A DNA stretch of 64,000 bases. Origin: Lytechinus pictus. Taxonomy: Eukaryota. Position 1 is the stretch's first letter, and each line of letters starts with the position of its first letter. Below the pieces are notes generated by a model, which did no database searches, was not told where the DNA came from, and saw only the letters and a list, made by a program, of their open reading frames with translations. The position numbers were made by a program, and so were the translations under genes. Location of the stretch: positions 3,412,001 to 3,476,000 of the forward strand of contig NC_087252.1 of the NCBI RefSeq assembly GCF_037042905.1, in the 5' to 3' direction. Shown here one piece after another: positions 26,807 to 41,163 of this stretch.

Positions 26807-26830
26807 GCGCTGCACGTTTAAGCTTCCGTA
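25954..26830. mobile_element. Terminus of a TAY..RTA (IS3EU-like) DNA transposon inserted in the Kolobok transposase
   Basis: Ends ...TTAAGCTTCCGTA (reverse complement TACGGAAGC) and abuts mid-exon transposase sequence AAAACC; other end not found in the window. Confidence 0.5.
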
Positions 26831-28816
26831 AAAACCAGACTCAAGAATGACATGAAGAAGATGTCCCCTCTTGCCCAAACCAGTTCAGTTGAGGCCTTTC
26901 ACAGTGTGATGCTGTATTGGTGTCCGAAAATGCTGGCCTACTCATATGCAGGCATGAAGTGCAGGTAAGAACTGCATCCATCTGGGGGCAGTTTCATAAA
27001 GTTGTTCGTAAGAGCGACTATTCAGAATGGCTTGTGATCCTTTCTTGTAAATGATATTCACTATTGGTGATTATTTAGTGTGTAAGAGAGGTTCACTAGT
27101 CATTCTTAAAGTTGCTCTGAACATATATACAGCTTAATGAAACACCCCCTGGTATTGTTTTGTTCTGTATTACAATGAGAGGAGAGGGGATAAGGACTGG
27201 TAGATGTAGAAATTTGACTTGAGGTTAATTCTGCATCACAGCAATTTCTTTCTGATTGCCAGCCTGACTACTTTGTCTATGAATATTAGGCTTTCTAATT
27301 GTTTTTTATGCCCCCGCAGAGAAGTCCGGAGGGGGCATATATATCGCTGCCCCTGTCCGTCCATCCTTCCTTTTCTGTCCGTCCCCCACTTGATTTCCGC
27401 GTGATAACTTGAAAAATATTTAATGGATTACAAAAAATTGGGTTTGTAGGTAGATGACACCAAAATACAGGCTAAGTTCGAATTCGGAGTCCGCAGGTCA
27501 AAGGTCACAACTCATTTAATTTGCAAGTCTGTTTCCGTATAGTAAAAACCCAGGCAATTGCAAATTCGATGTCTGCAATTCAAATATCACCCATAGGTCA
27601 CTGTTAAATACTTCTCATGGCACCATTTACCTTTCTCACAGTGATACTTGTAGGCATTTTTAAACAATCTTTCTGTTTGAACATATTGCAAAATGCTGGT
27701 TACAGCAAATAAATAGGTCTAAATTTGTTCATTTTATATATATGCATATTGGTTTCGGCACGATATTAAGTTCAATCATAGTGAATGGATTTCTGATTGC
27801 ACTAAGCGGGGGCATCTGTGTCTTTTGAACACGTAAAATTTCCAGTTTTTAATTGTCAAAAGTAGATTATAGCATTTGCCCACTAGATCAAATAACTTCC
27901 TTTTTTACATGAGGAACTATCGTTATTTCTGCAAAGGGATCTAAAGTGCTAAGTATTAAGTTCTTAGATGGCATACTTATTTTCTGTTTTTGCACTCACT
28001 TCTCTGATTGGTATGATTTGCAGACTGGCAATCGCTGCCTTGCACTGGAATGAAAATGCTGGAAGGAGCCATGCAACTAAGGCTGATGGAACACACATGT
28101 ACAAAATCAACTACCCCAAAGCCAAAGAGGGTGGCCACACTGTTTCCAGAGTACTGACAGATTGTACATACAGTAAGTATATTTGGCACTTCCATTCATA
28201 ATATGAATGCTTATTTGTTCCCCCTTGCCCTCTCCCACCTTTTCACCAAAATAAAATGCAGCACGTAGTTGAATCGGTTAAAATCTGTTGTATAGATGAG
28301 GTTTGTGTAATTGATGTTATTCTGTTGCAAAAATATAATCTGACCAAAAGTGCACGTTACAATCGCTAGAATTTGTCCATTATTTGAAATTCCTCTGTTT
28401 TTATTACATTGTTTATACTTATATTTCAACACGTTAAGGTGTATGTAAAAGTTATAATTGACTACACAAGCAAATGCAACGTCATCTTGGTGTTATATAT
28501 ATTATCTTTCTAAATCATTTAGCTCAACTGATCACCCGTTCTTAGCTGACATTTTAATGACACACCCCTGTTGCCCCTATTTTTATTGTATATGGTTATA
28601 TAAATAGATGTACTAAATTTATTTATTTTCATTTTCATAGATTATGTGACACTACTCATGGAAGAGACGATGAAGCTTGTGTCTGAAAAACAGAAGATCC
28701 GTTCAACTATCCCGGAACTAGAGGGAAAACCACCTTTGTGCTCAGGATTGGAACGTCCTGATAAAGCTGAGGCTGTTCAACGGTTGAATGAACATCGTCG
28801 ATTTATACACGAGTAA
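26831..28816 (+). pseudogene. Kolobok DDE transposase, 3' exons (5'-truncated)
   Basis: Phase-consistent exons 26831-26964, 28024-28172 and 28641-28816: KNDMKKMSPLAQTSSVEAFHSVMLYWCPK..YAGMKCR|LAIAALHWNENAGR..YPKAKEGG..|NYVTLLMEE..PPLCS..RPDKAEAV. Confidence 0.75.
27300..27850 (+). mobile_element. Helentron/DINE-like repeat in a transposase intron
   Basis: TTTTTATGCCCCC..GGGGGCAT hairpin, (GTCC)n, AGGTCAAAGGTCA core, CGGGGGCAT sub-terminal repeat; similar copy at ~29185-29680. Confidence 0.5.
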
Positions 28817-31598
28817 AGATGGCAATGCTGCCATTGCCATGTGAGGAGAATGACTTTCAAACTAATTAGCAGTCTGTTAGACTATTCATCTATGGAACTT
28901 GAAATATTTTGCCAGATATATGAAGGGCAGGAGAAATCATGTTGACTGTAAAACCATTTTTCACCTCTTCTGAAAAGTATATCCTACCAGAACATAAATG
29001 TCAATGAACATTGTTATTCACTCCAGTGATGAAAACTTTATGTATAATTCATTGTTGCATTGAAGAGAAGTCAAAACCACAATGGTAAATAGATGCTGAA
29101 TCAATTTGAACCATACTTTTGTCCAAAAAGTTGTCCAGATGTGTGCTTCTGCTATGAGTGCCCAGAGTGTCCTAGTTTTTTAGTGTTTTTATACGCCCTA
29201 GCGATGGGACTTATTACGGTAGCATGCTCGATGTCCGTCTGTGTATCCGTTAACTTTTCCTTGTAAAACAAACTTCAGTTTAACTTAACCTAGTCTCCTA
29301 TAACTTGTTGTGTATGATACTAGCATGGATCCCAGGAAGCCTATTGATTTTGAGGTCAAGATGTGAAATGTCAAGGTCACAGTGACATCTTACCCTTGAT
29401 TAAGCTCTTGTTTAAAAAATTAATTTTCATAATGACGATTGAAAATGCAAAGTACCCTTGGTTGACAGAGTGATGATGACCATTCTTATCAGAATATTTT
29501 TTTATATTTTTGTCAGAAAATTGAGAAAATACTGTTCACAAAATAGAGATGACATTATCTGATTCCTGTACAACGTACATGAAAAACTACATGAGCAGGA
29601 GGCGTGAAAATTCAACATACTTTGGCCATCAGTAAGAGAGGCGGGCATATTATGTGTTCGCCCTAGCGTCACTCTTGTTTAGTTTTGTTATCTGCTTAAA
29701 TCCCTTGCACATATTTCTGTGAATATGACATCACCTTTTCCCACTGTTGAAATCTTTAAGGTTAATCATCCTGCAATACATGTAAATGATGTTATAATCA
29801 GATTTGGACATGTGTTTGAATGAATGAAGTTGTTCCACACATGCTCCAAGAAAGCATTGAGCTAGCTCTATAGAACTTAGTTGAAAATACTTGATGAAAT
29901 GCAAAGAATCTTCATTGCAGCCTTATTCTGAGCTGCCAACAAGTGCGTTTTGGTTGTATTTAGTAATTGAATATTATTTTAGAAAACAATTTTTTTTTCA
30001 TTTTTTGAAGATAATCATATTTCATGGACAGAATAGTCTCTGTATGGCTTTATTTTATTAAAAATACACAAGTATGGGTACTTGGATGATTGTGATTTCA
30101 GGCAACTGTCTAATTTCAAGTAATAAACATAGATTTTGTCTTGGCAAAGACCTAGCATCATTTTTCTTATTTTTGCTGAACTTGCTCTCGTTTCCTTATT
30201 TCTTCATCAACTGTTTAGCATTGGGTAATCCCACATGTGTTCATGATGATGATGATAGGTCAAAGGTCATCTAGGGGTCAAATGATATGAGGCAACCTGT
30301 GTAATTTTTCTGAGTTTTATTTTCACTCATTTATTTCTGCATCATTTGTGTCCAGATGCGTGCTCATGAGGATGAGGTCATCTACAGTCAGCAGATAATA
30401 TGTTTAATCGATTGCATAATCAGGCGAGATGTTTTTCCAAGTATGTTTTTTCCAATGTTAATCATTTTGTTAAAATCATGGTGAGCTACTACACATGTTC
30501 TAGTGTTTTATTTTTTCCATCTGCAAGAGCTGTGTGCATTTATCACAGAATACTTATTTGAAGGAGAAAATACAGTTTCCGGGATAGAATACAATTTCCA
30601 TTCCCAAAGGTTTGCAGATCTGCTTATTGTGTTCCATTCTACCTTTGACCGTCTGGAAGGTGTAAGAGAAGATGTTTAATAGTATTATGTAACCAAGCAG
30701 GGGTAACTGTTCTTTTTAGGATATCTTTTTAGCCTTGTGATTGATGATACATTCTTGTAGATTATTGAACAAATATGTTAATCATTTTCCAAATTGAAAA
30801 GAGAAATACCAGTAGATGAACATGTACAAGTGGTACAACCCATTTGAAAGATTTTCACTGTAATAAGACATGTGTGATAACTTTTATAAAACAAACAAGA
30901 TGTCGGTTAGAGCAGGACACTCACTATGGATTATTTTTTCAATAAAGACACATTGTATATTTTGTTTGAAAAATGGCATTTAATTCGTCTGATTACATGT
31001 ATGTACATTTCTAGTTGTAACAGTTCACAAACATCTTTGCATAGAAATTTTCCATGTTTAGAGCATTGTGAGCTCTTCTTATTTGATGTCACCTTTATGG
31101 CAGCTGCCCAATATTAATTGCAAAGATAAAATAAGGTTTGTAAACTGTTCACTCCAACTCGTTTGTAGCCTATTATATGAGATTGAATGTTTCACAGTGC
31201 AGTCCACTCCTGTACTGAGCACAGATACAAGTTTTGAATATCAAAAGCAAATGATCCCAGTCCCAATTTCAAGCTTATATTCACTCAAAAATGATTTCCT
31301 TGTAATGAGGCAATTGTCATTCAATCACCTGATAACAGAGTGGACTGTACTGTATATTGTGTTAGTGAGAGCAAACTTTAGTGTGAGGGCTTGTTTATTT
31401 TTATGATAGTGTGATGATTAAATCATTAGAAATTCAGTGAAACAAGATATCTTTTAGAGCGAGGAATCTTGATATACAGTTAACATTGCCAAGTCAAACT
31501 GCCAGTTGGCATAAGTAAAATAATTGCCAAAATCGAAGGCCTGTGCAAGTCACCTTTTGTATTTTACTATTTAAATCACTCATTTGTCAATGTTTTAA

Positions 31599-32200
31599 AG
31601 GACAAGTCCACCCCAACAAAAAATTGATTTGAATAAAAAGAGAAATATCCTACAAGCATAACACTGAAAATTTCATCAAAATCGGATGTAAAATAAGAAA
31701 GTTATGACATTTTAAAATTTCGATTAATTTCACAAAACATTTATATGCACATCCTGGTTGGTATGCAAATAAGGAGAATGATGACGTCATCCACTCACTA
31801 TTTCTTTTGTATTTTATTATATGAAATATGATATATTCTTATTTTCTCCTCATTGTCAAGTGAAACAGTGATTAATTCCTCCCCGAACATGTAGAATTAG
31901 CATTGTTTAATATTATATGGTTCAGTTGAGTTGGTCCCTATGGTCAAATCTGTAAAAATGAAATATTGTATAATTCAAACAATAAAAAACAAAAGAAATA
32001 GTGAGTGATGGACATCATCGAATGACTCATTTGCATGTCACTGAGTTGTGCATATCACTATTTTGTGAAAAATAAGCGAAACTTTAAAATGCCATAACTT
32101 TCTTATTTTACATCCGATTTTGATGCAATTTTCAGTGTTATGCTAGTTTGATTTTTCTCTATTTATTTCAATTAACATTTTTCTGGGGTGGACTTGACCT
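31599..32200. mobile_element. Kolobok-type MITE
   Basis: TTAA|AGGACAAGTCCACCCC ... GGGGTGGACTTGACCT|TTAA; long internal inverted symmetry. Confidence 0.8.
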
Positions 32201-33145
32201 TTAAACTCAAAGTTCTCAAATTCTAATCAATTTTGCTCTGGCGAGGTTGACTATATACTCTGATATTTTGAGTTTGTATTCTAAAACATGAATGTTTGGG
32301 ACCGGAATATAACTTGGATAATGTAGAACTCTTTACACCATGTTTCTACAGTACACTGCAATAAAATATCAAAATGAAACAAGTGACATTTCAAACAAGT
32401 GCATGATATATAGTTTTTCACTTGATACCTGCACTTCTTTTCAAAATGAATACATAAAATTCAAATACATTTGTCGTCACTGGCTTTATTATTTCATTTT
32501 ATGGCAGTATTTCTGTTATAACAAGGCAAATAGCCTTGCTCAAACGATATTTTGTTTCTACTGGCCTTAGCATGAGTGGTTTGTACAATGCATGAATTTG
32601 TGAGAATGTGATCACAAATAGCCAATTGGTCTAAACTCACTTTGACTAATGCCTGCTTAGCCTCGTCTCACATGGTCTAATTTTATCTTGCCTACAACCA
32701 GTCTTCGAATTCACTCTAATTTCTACTTGGTCTGATATATCATTTTCTCTGTTCAGTTGGTTTAACACCACCCAGTCATTTCCTCTATCAGACTTGTAAT
32801 AGACCATATATTGATTTGGAAATTAGATCAAAGTGAAATGAGACAATTGGGCTATTAGACAAATCAACTGATAGACTAAGTGGATATAAACCATTTCAAA
32901 CTGCAGCAGTCGCTGATCCAGGTTTAGAAAACAAACGGGGCACCAGGCCCGATAATGGGTTTATGATTTTAGGAAGTCAAGGGTGGTTTACATATTGTAG
33001 AGTAGATGTTTGTCCCTTGTGCTGTGCCCCCACCTGGATCTGCCACTGGTGCAGTTATCTCCATCAGTTTCATGCACAATATTCATCACCATACAATCGT
33101 CATCATACTGTACCTATGAACAACATTCATCAGCATCATCCATGC

Positions 33146-33291
33146 CAGGGGCCGCGGAACCAGGGGGGGGGGCTTCAGCCCCCCCACTTTTTTCCAAAAC
33201 TGTACAAAAATGTAAAAATGACCATATGATTGTACGATTGTGATTTTTAGCATGGTCAACCCCCACTTTGAAAACCGTTCCGCGGCCCCTG
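33146..33291. mobile_element. Short MITE
   Basis: TIR CAGGGGCCGCGGAAC / GTTCCGCGGCCCCTG; CATGC on both flanks. Confidence 0.7.
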
Positions 33292-33299
33292 CATGCCAT

Positions 33300-33665
33300 G
33301 CACCATCATCACCCTCATAACATCTATGAAAATTATCCATTCATGCATCATCACTCTCATCATGCCCATGGATGATATTCATCATCATAATCATCATCAC
33401 AGGACTGAAAAATATTCATCATCATCATAAATCATCATAAATCTGAACATTCATCATCATCACTCTTACCATGAATATGAACAACATTCATCATCATTGT
33501 GACCCTTATCATGAATATGAACATTCATCATCATTATCACTCTTATCATAAATGTGAAATATTTATCATCATCCATGCATCACCATCGTCACCTTATCAT
33601 ATGAACAATATTCATCTTCATCATCCATACATCATCATGATGGTCATCATCACCTTCATCTATGC
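33300..33665. repeat. (ATC)n-rich low-complexity region
   Basis: Degenerate CATCATCAT runs. Confidence 0.8.
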
Positions 33666-36600
33666 ACAATGTACCTCATGGAGTACTTTCAGTGAAAGGA
33701 GAGGAAAAAATAAGTTTTTTGTGTGTGAGAGAGACTGAACACTTTATTTACATCAACACAATGGAACATGAATTATGTGCAATCATGTCTTAAAAGATAA
33801 GGCATATTATGTCAACATAATAATAATGGCTTTGCACAGACAAAAATAAAGACATCCAGGCCAGGATCTTCTCCTAGTGGTCTATGTACTATAATGAATA
33901 TGTCATGTCTATCAATATTGGACATGTTCATGTATAATTACAAACTTATTTCTATTCGCAAGACTACGATCCTAGTGGGGAAAAAATGTGCACAAACCAG
34001 AATAATTTAATATCTGTCATGCACTTCGAATATCAATTGCAGAGAATGCAATATTCATCTAGTATAAACACACAATAGTAAGATAGAAATCTTTCAGGTT
34101 TGATGTTTTTTATGATTTCGTGACCAAAAAAAAAATCAAAATATTGTGTTTGTCTATTTAATCATATAGTAGATCTCATAACGTATCACTGTCTTCAGTC
34201 ACCAATAACATATGCGTAATGAATATTGTCAAATTTTATGGATTATATAAAATGGACCTGAATTAAATTCCAGATGTAAATCTTATATACATACTCTATT
34301 CCAGACCAACCACAGTCAACTGACAATTTCAAAAGTATATTGAATAGTAACAAAAAAAAGCAACACAATAAATACAATGTAAACAAGATATCAGCGTTCA
34401 TGTCTCAAGTAGGATATTTAGCCACTGAATCGAGCAAACTAGCGTCTCAGGACTCTCAGCACTGTTCCTCTGTACCTCCCAGCACCGTCAGGGTAAGCTT
34501 GCATTATCCTCGAATGGATGCATGCAGGTATTTGCACTCTTATGTCTTTGCCAAGATACCCCCAGCACCACCGAACGACTTTCCTATAAGCAACATATCG
34601 GTACTTCCTGCAAAATACAAATTGAAAAATACATGTATTTATTATCACATGTTTGTGAAACAAACAATATTTACTTTCGGAGAAATACAAAGTGTAGTAT
34701 GGTAATTTGACTTGAGTGAGTCCCCAACACAAATATGCATGTATAGTTCAAGAAACAATTCACAATAACGTCCACAATCTTGAAAATTTCCCTAATGTAG
34801 ATAAGTTTATAACTTGCAAGATGCCAAGTACATGTAGACTGTTTAGTGTTTACTAATGTATCATTTAATGTAGGACATTGATTTTCTATATACCCTATTT
34901 TGTAATATTTTCAAATGATTGTTTGTCATAAAGACACAAGATTAAATTGAAAACTTACTCATTGTTCCGATCCTTAAAGGCCTTCGATGCTTGCCGCCAT
35001 CGCTCTGTGTACTCCAGCCAACCAATGTAGAGAGAGGTTGGATGCAAAATTGCAGCCTCGAATGCCTCTGTGGTTGTCAAACACTGAACACCAAGTACAT
35101 CAGCCTCTCTAGAAACTTCTGCTACCTCCCTGCAGCACAAGCAGTCCCCTGCAGAAAAGGACGGCTCCACATGGCAATGGCCGCCACACAAGCACCTGAT
35201 GAAAAAACGAAAACAAAATCATTTGATTTGTAATAGTAAATACTAATAGCATATGATACAATACATTCTAGTTTTTAAAAATTAGTTTTCATAAATGTTA
35301 AATCACTCAGAAGTAAGTAAAGTAACAGTACAATTTGCATGATTGAAAATTTGAATTTGAAATAAACTGTAGTGTAGATCATCATCATCATACATTGATC
35401 AACAGATCAACATGACCAAATTCAAGTCAGATAAAATCAACATGAATTTTCACAATTCCACAAATATCATCAATGGTCCATGGCATGGGCACAGGGAATG
35501 GCCATGTACGGTGTTTTTTTAGCTCGTAATACAAAAAAAAAGGAGTTCCCCCAAGTCTGCGCAGTCCCCCTTGTCTGCGCGAATCTAGTAAAAGATACGC
35601 AACAAGCACAAACTTTGTATGCAATACATACATTGTAGACAGGTATTCATTAAAAATTCAGACTCAAAATGGTGGAATTTAACGATTTGGGGCATTACAT
35701 ATGACGGCCTCAAAATGCAGCCTTTCTCATCAATATACCTGAATCGTGTGCAAAGTGAATGGGTGCGCAGACATGGGATAGGGTCTATTTAATTTTTTTT
35801 TCAATTTGAAAATGACTGCCCAAGGTTTTTACCAAGAAAATCCTATATTTCTTTCAAACTTTTACGAGATATTTGGTACACCTACTCATAATAAAATAAG
35901 GAACATTAATAATTGAAAGATTTTATGAAATAAAAAGAAATTGATGTCAAATCTTGACTCAAATCGTTAGGTGCGCAGACTTGGGGCCCCCCATCCCACA
36001 TAGAGATAACCCTGGCGTACAACGTGTATCTAACTACCCTTTACGTTACACGTCTACAAATAATGTGGTAGCCATGCCCATAGCACTCAAAATTAAAAAG
36101 GAATTGTGCACTTACCTCGATTATATGGATGAAATCTATCAAAAACCAGAATCCTGACATCATGGCACAAACTGGACTCACAAAAAAAAGGAAGTTATGT
36201 TGCGTTCGTTCTCTCCCTTTCCAAATAAAAAACAAAATGGACGAACGGGAGAGAACGAATGCGACATAAATTTCCATTTTTTGAGGGCCCAGTTTGTGCC
36301 TCAAAAAAAAGTCAAAGTAGAAGTTGGGATTATTGATTTGTTTTTGATGGATTTTCATGCATAAAATAGAGGTAACAATTTCTTGTTTATCCTTTAATTT
36401 GGGGTGCTATGGCTACCCCATTTAATTGTAGACGTCTAACACTACCTACACTACAGTTAGAGCTAGATTTACACGAACAACGCCAGGGCCCCGGCCCGCA
36501 ACCAGGCCAAGGCTTTATAACATAGATTAGAGAGAGTAACTTTATTAGTTGTTACTGTATTTACATACTGTATCGACTCTCTAGGCCCGGCTCAGTAGTT

Positions 36601-37222
36601 TTTACTAAAATTACAAGTTCTTCTTACCAATCATTGTTCAACAAACGAAGAGGTTCAACATCTTGTTGATGAGCATCGCCATAATTTACTACACCATCAC
36701 CATCTCTTGGTAACGGCTCATGTAGACAGGAATAACCGTCGTTTCTGGGGATTTATTCAACAATTTCTGACATTTTACTGTAATCCCCATTAACCGACGG
36801 TAGGGTATACGTGTGGGCTCGCATGTTTTCTCATTCCCACCCTTTTGTCAATTCACAGTCCAAAGTTTGATGTAATTTTACACATCGAATTTACAATCTA
36901 AGGATGTATAGCCATCAAACTTTTAAACCATGATATTTAGTGAAGACAATATTTTAAACGATATAGATTTAAAAGGCATGAAAAATTATACTTTACCGAT
37001 GTTTAATTGGGTTGAACACGATCAAAATAGTCAATATGGCAGCCAAACTGTGAAATATTTACAAACGAACGGAGAGGGCGTCAACAATCACGAATGTGAT
37101 ATCGATATTGCTTTCGATATTATACGATCTGCTCCTTATGCGAGCGAAACCGCTACGATCACAAGTAGCAGACGACAATCAAACGATCACTTTAGTTCAA
37201 GCAGCATAAACGAAAGGCCTGC

Positions 37223-37390
37223 ATGATGGATGCTGTAGCCAAGGGGATATTTGGGGAACACTTCACTCTCAAGCCTGACCAGCGGGAAGCGCTACAGTGT
37301 TTGGAGGACGGGAGAGACCTGTGGGTCCAGCTCCCCACTGGACATGGAAAGTCGGCGATTTTCACCGTCTTTCCGATATGGAAATCAAAG
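37223..37390 (+). pseudogene. RecQ-like SF2 helicase, first exon only
   Basis: LKPDQREAL..GRDLWVQLPTGHGKS (Q motif and Walker A) followed by a GT donor at 37391; no further motifs found. Confidence 0.75.
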
Positions 37391-38459
37391 GTTATTAATT
37401 TTTTAATAGGCCTACTTTATTATAAAATATTGGGAAAATGATAACTACCGTAGTATTAACTTTGACATTCAAAATGCAGCTTTCATCGTTTAGACCCAGA
37501 TCTAGGTTTGTGGATCACTTAAATTCAAGCAGTATAAACATATGGCCTATTTATACTACATAATCGTTTCAATTGAATATCAAATGGCACTAAAACACTT
37601 ATATGATGCTATATCTGCATACTAGTCTAACACTGAACATAAAATGAGTGAAAAAATGATTTTAACAGAAAATATTTTTATAGGTTAGAAGTTCCCATAG
37701 ACCACTACTCCAACTGACCAGACATACAGTCCCAGTTAAATCAAATACACAATTTATTACGTTTATTTACACCTTATTCTTTCTATTCTTCTTTCATTTT
37801 ACACTATTTATTTTGTGCATTCTATTCAACGACAACTTGTAATGCCCTGTTGTAAGATATTTGGCAGCCTTGTGGGTGAAGGAATCTTTCTGCAAAGAAG
37901 ACGAAGAGTTATACAGTCATAGTCAAAATCAAAGTAGTAACATCTCAGTTCTCGGCATTAGTTCTTCCCTTTTCTATACTTTATTGTCAATTATGAATTA
38001 CATTGAATTGTAGATTTTAAAATTATTTTGACTATTGTTTCTTTGATTCTATTTTGTTGTATTTTAAGACTCAATCCTATAAATACAAATTCTAAAAATC
38101 ATATCACCGGCAATGCATGGTAAAGTTGCAATGTGAGGAAATGAACCTAGTAAGTGCTACTATAAAGTTTTAATTAAATATTTGTTATTTTCGCCAGCAC
38201 GGGGGTAACAACGAACAAATAAATTGCCTCCTTTATGAGACTCTCTACCCCATTCTGTCCTCCATTTGAACGTATTATTCAGTGCCAACGGCATTTACGA
38301 AATTGTCGATAATATGAGAGGTTTTGGTGTGTGGGGGAAGGGGGGGGGGCGCTCCCCAGGCCATTCTATGCTTCTGGCTGGATACGTCCAGAAACACCTC
38401 CGTCTGGTTACCTTTTTACCAATTTAATTGATGTTACTATTTTGTCCTCATCATCATCA

Positions 38460-38830
38460 TGGTAATTTGCCAATTCGTTCACTCACCAAATGGCAGTTAG
38501 TCTAATGCTATTCTGTCCATCAACATTTCGTCTAACAACCATTTGGCCCAATTATCACTTCGTCTAATCATCATTTCGTATATGGGCATTTTGTCTAATA
38601 ACCAATTGGTCTAATACCCATTTTCTTTTCATTAATTTTGCACAATTAACCCTTTAGTTATATTAGACCAAATGGTATATGGACTAAATGGCTATTGGAC
38701 CAACTGGTTATTAGACGGAATGGCATTAGACTAGATGAAATTAGACCATGTGGTGAGTGGATGAACTGATTATAGACCAAACAGTAGTTGGCGAGTTGAC
38801 GATTTGGTAATAGACTAATTGGAAATAAAC
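38460..38830. mobile_element. Foldback MITE (GTCTAA/TTAGAC repeats)
   Basis: Mirror-arranged CATTTCGTCTAA / TTAGACCAAATGG motifs; similar remnant at ~32620-32900. Confidence 0.5.
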
Positions 38831-39451
38831 CAGCATCACATCATCATCATCGTGATAACTATCATAAAGCAAGTTTCTAATTCAGATCAAGATATCTACA
38901 CTTCAATTTATAAGTATCTATCAGAATTAGACCTATACTAGCAATCATATAGATGCGTATCAACAATGATTGCGAATGCAAAATATGTGACATTGACCTA
39001 CTCATCTGAAAATATGACATTTCAACTACAATTGAATTCATGAAAAGGATACGTACACTCTACCTCTGTAATCAAATAACGCGAGCGCGTAGCGCTTGCT
39101 GGCTTTTAAAGATAAAATTATCATCACTATTATTTACTATTATCGTATAATTATCATTATCGCTAAAATCATTGTGGTTTTTAAATATTATCGTTGTAAG
39201 TATTAATATTTGTAGTAGTAATATTTCATTATCATCGTTATTATGATTATTATTATTTCATTATTATCATCATCATCATCATTGTCATTATTTTCATTAT
39301 ATCTATTATCACTATGGTTAAGAGATAAAAGAATAATATTTTTCAGATAAATGTTATAGTAAACTGGTCGGGTTGATAAAATTTCTTGTTTGAAATTGAA
39401 TTCCCAATTGGTCATGACCAGTTCCAATCATTCTCTGATGATGTTGAGTAC

Positions 39452-40320
39452 CAGTGGCGTACCATGGGTCACGGCATTGGGTGGGGGGCACCAGCAAAAA
39501 TTTTGAGTCATTTACTGGGCGGGCGAAGCGCGCTCAATTCCCAGGTACTGACGTAATAGAATCATTTTAAGGACTCTTTCATTAAACAGATATGTATCTC
39601 ACTGATTAAATAATGCGAGCGCGAAGCGCGAGCTGAAATTTTTGAAATTCACACCCGAAGAGGGGCATTCTTAGGCTTGTTTGTAAAAATTCACTAAGGC
39701 CATACGTATTTCAAGTTACTAAATTATGCGAGCGCGAAGCGCGAGCTGAAAATTTCTGATAGAGTTTTCAGACCAGTAAAGGGAAAATTTTAGGGACTGT
39801 TTTCAGGAATCCATGAAGAAAAGATATATCTCACCAGTCCATTAATGCGAACGTAAGCACTAACTGGGAATATTTTGTATTCAGACTTTAAAAAAGGGGC
39901 AGTTTATTTTAAGTAGTCATGAAAGAGAAGCATGTCACTACATAAAACAATAACTCGAAGTGCGAGGAAATACATGTATATGGTGTATATTGACTTGAAA
40001 ACGGAATTTTTAGTACAACATGATTATATATTTCATCAAACAGAAATTGCGAGTACCAGGAATGATGAACACAATGTCATAGGCCCTTAGCAAAATATGT
40101 TTCATAAAGTTATGAAAAAATATTTATGTAATATTATAATATAATATATATATATATATATAAAACTTAATATAATAGAATATGCACTAGTTTCCTCTTC
40201 CTCTACTACGCCTCTCCTTTTTTCTCCTTCTTTTTCTACTTTTCCCCCTTCTTTTTTTTGGCCAGCCGATGGGGGGGGGGGGGGCACGTGCCCCCCATGC
40301 CCCCCGTAGTTACGCCACTG
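39452..40320. mobile_element. hAT-like MITE nested in the Academ element
   Basis: CAGTGGCGTA / TACGCCACTG; 8-bp flanks TTGAGTAC / TTGAGCAT (6 of 8 match). Confidence 0.7.
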
Positions 40321-41163
40321 TTGAGCATGTGTTTTACCTCACTTTCATACACTTTCTTTCCCTTCGTTTTTTTCAATCCGCGGCAGCTTTGTCGTGTTAT
40401 TGACTTTTTTCTTGTTCCTTTTCTTCATATTCTGATTTTCAAATTCAACCTTTGTCTCTATATATATATACCTTCATTTCGTATCTCTTTTTGTCTATTT
40501 CTCTCATTGTCCACCATTCTTGTTCATGCCACTGAGTCTCCTGCTAAAGACATGTTAAGGCCTATACTTTCTTCCATGTTCTAATTCTTTCTTTCTTTAT
40601 TGTTGTCATTTTCCTTTGCCTTTTCACCTTTCCCATTCCTCCCACCCCGGCCTCTTTCCTCGTTTTCTTTTCTTCATTTTACCTTTCTCTCTTTTCGCCC
40701 TTTTCTCGGTGAAATCCGCCAGGGCCGGGGCAGCTCCCTCCCCCGCCTGTTACGCCAGGAAGACCAAATTAACAACCGATAAGACCAATAGGGACTACCA
40801 GTAAATTATTGAGTTCACTCAGTTGGATACCAACCACTAAGCGAAAACAACGATAACAGACTCCAGTATAATTAAGACCAGTTTAAAATCACAGTTACTA
40901 TAGGCCTATTCAAGACCAATGACTGGAGCAGTATTATTTGTAACTAGACCAGTATTACCAGACCGATAAACCAATACTCCAATTTCCAGAGTTACTGGTC
41001 CAACTGGTCCAGTTGATTTTTTTTCTTGTGGTTAATTTGATTGCCTATTTTTATCATTTGACAGATTATTGTCTTATCTCTTCATTTTGGGCTCGGTAAA
41101 ATGTAGTTTAATGTGTCTATGGACAATCAAGTCTCGAAATGTGTGATTTAAAGAGAAACTTAC

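Noticed and set aside
25761..26878. CRISPR-like array or repeat-protein ORFs
   Set aside because: Head-to-tail units without unique spacers, no cas genes, eukaryotic context
36628..36773. Stand-alone first exon of KolX starting at ATG 36773
   Set aside because: Contains a stop and extends into the Academ element; the true exon resumes at 42069 across the TSD
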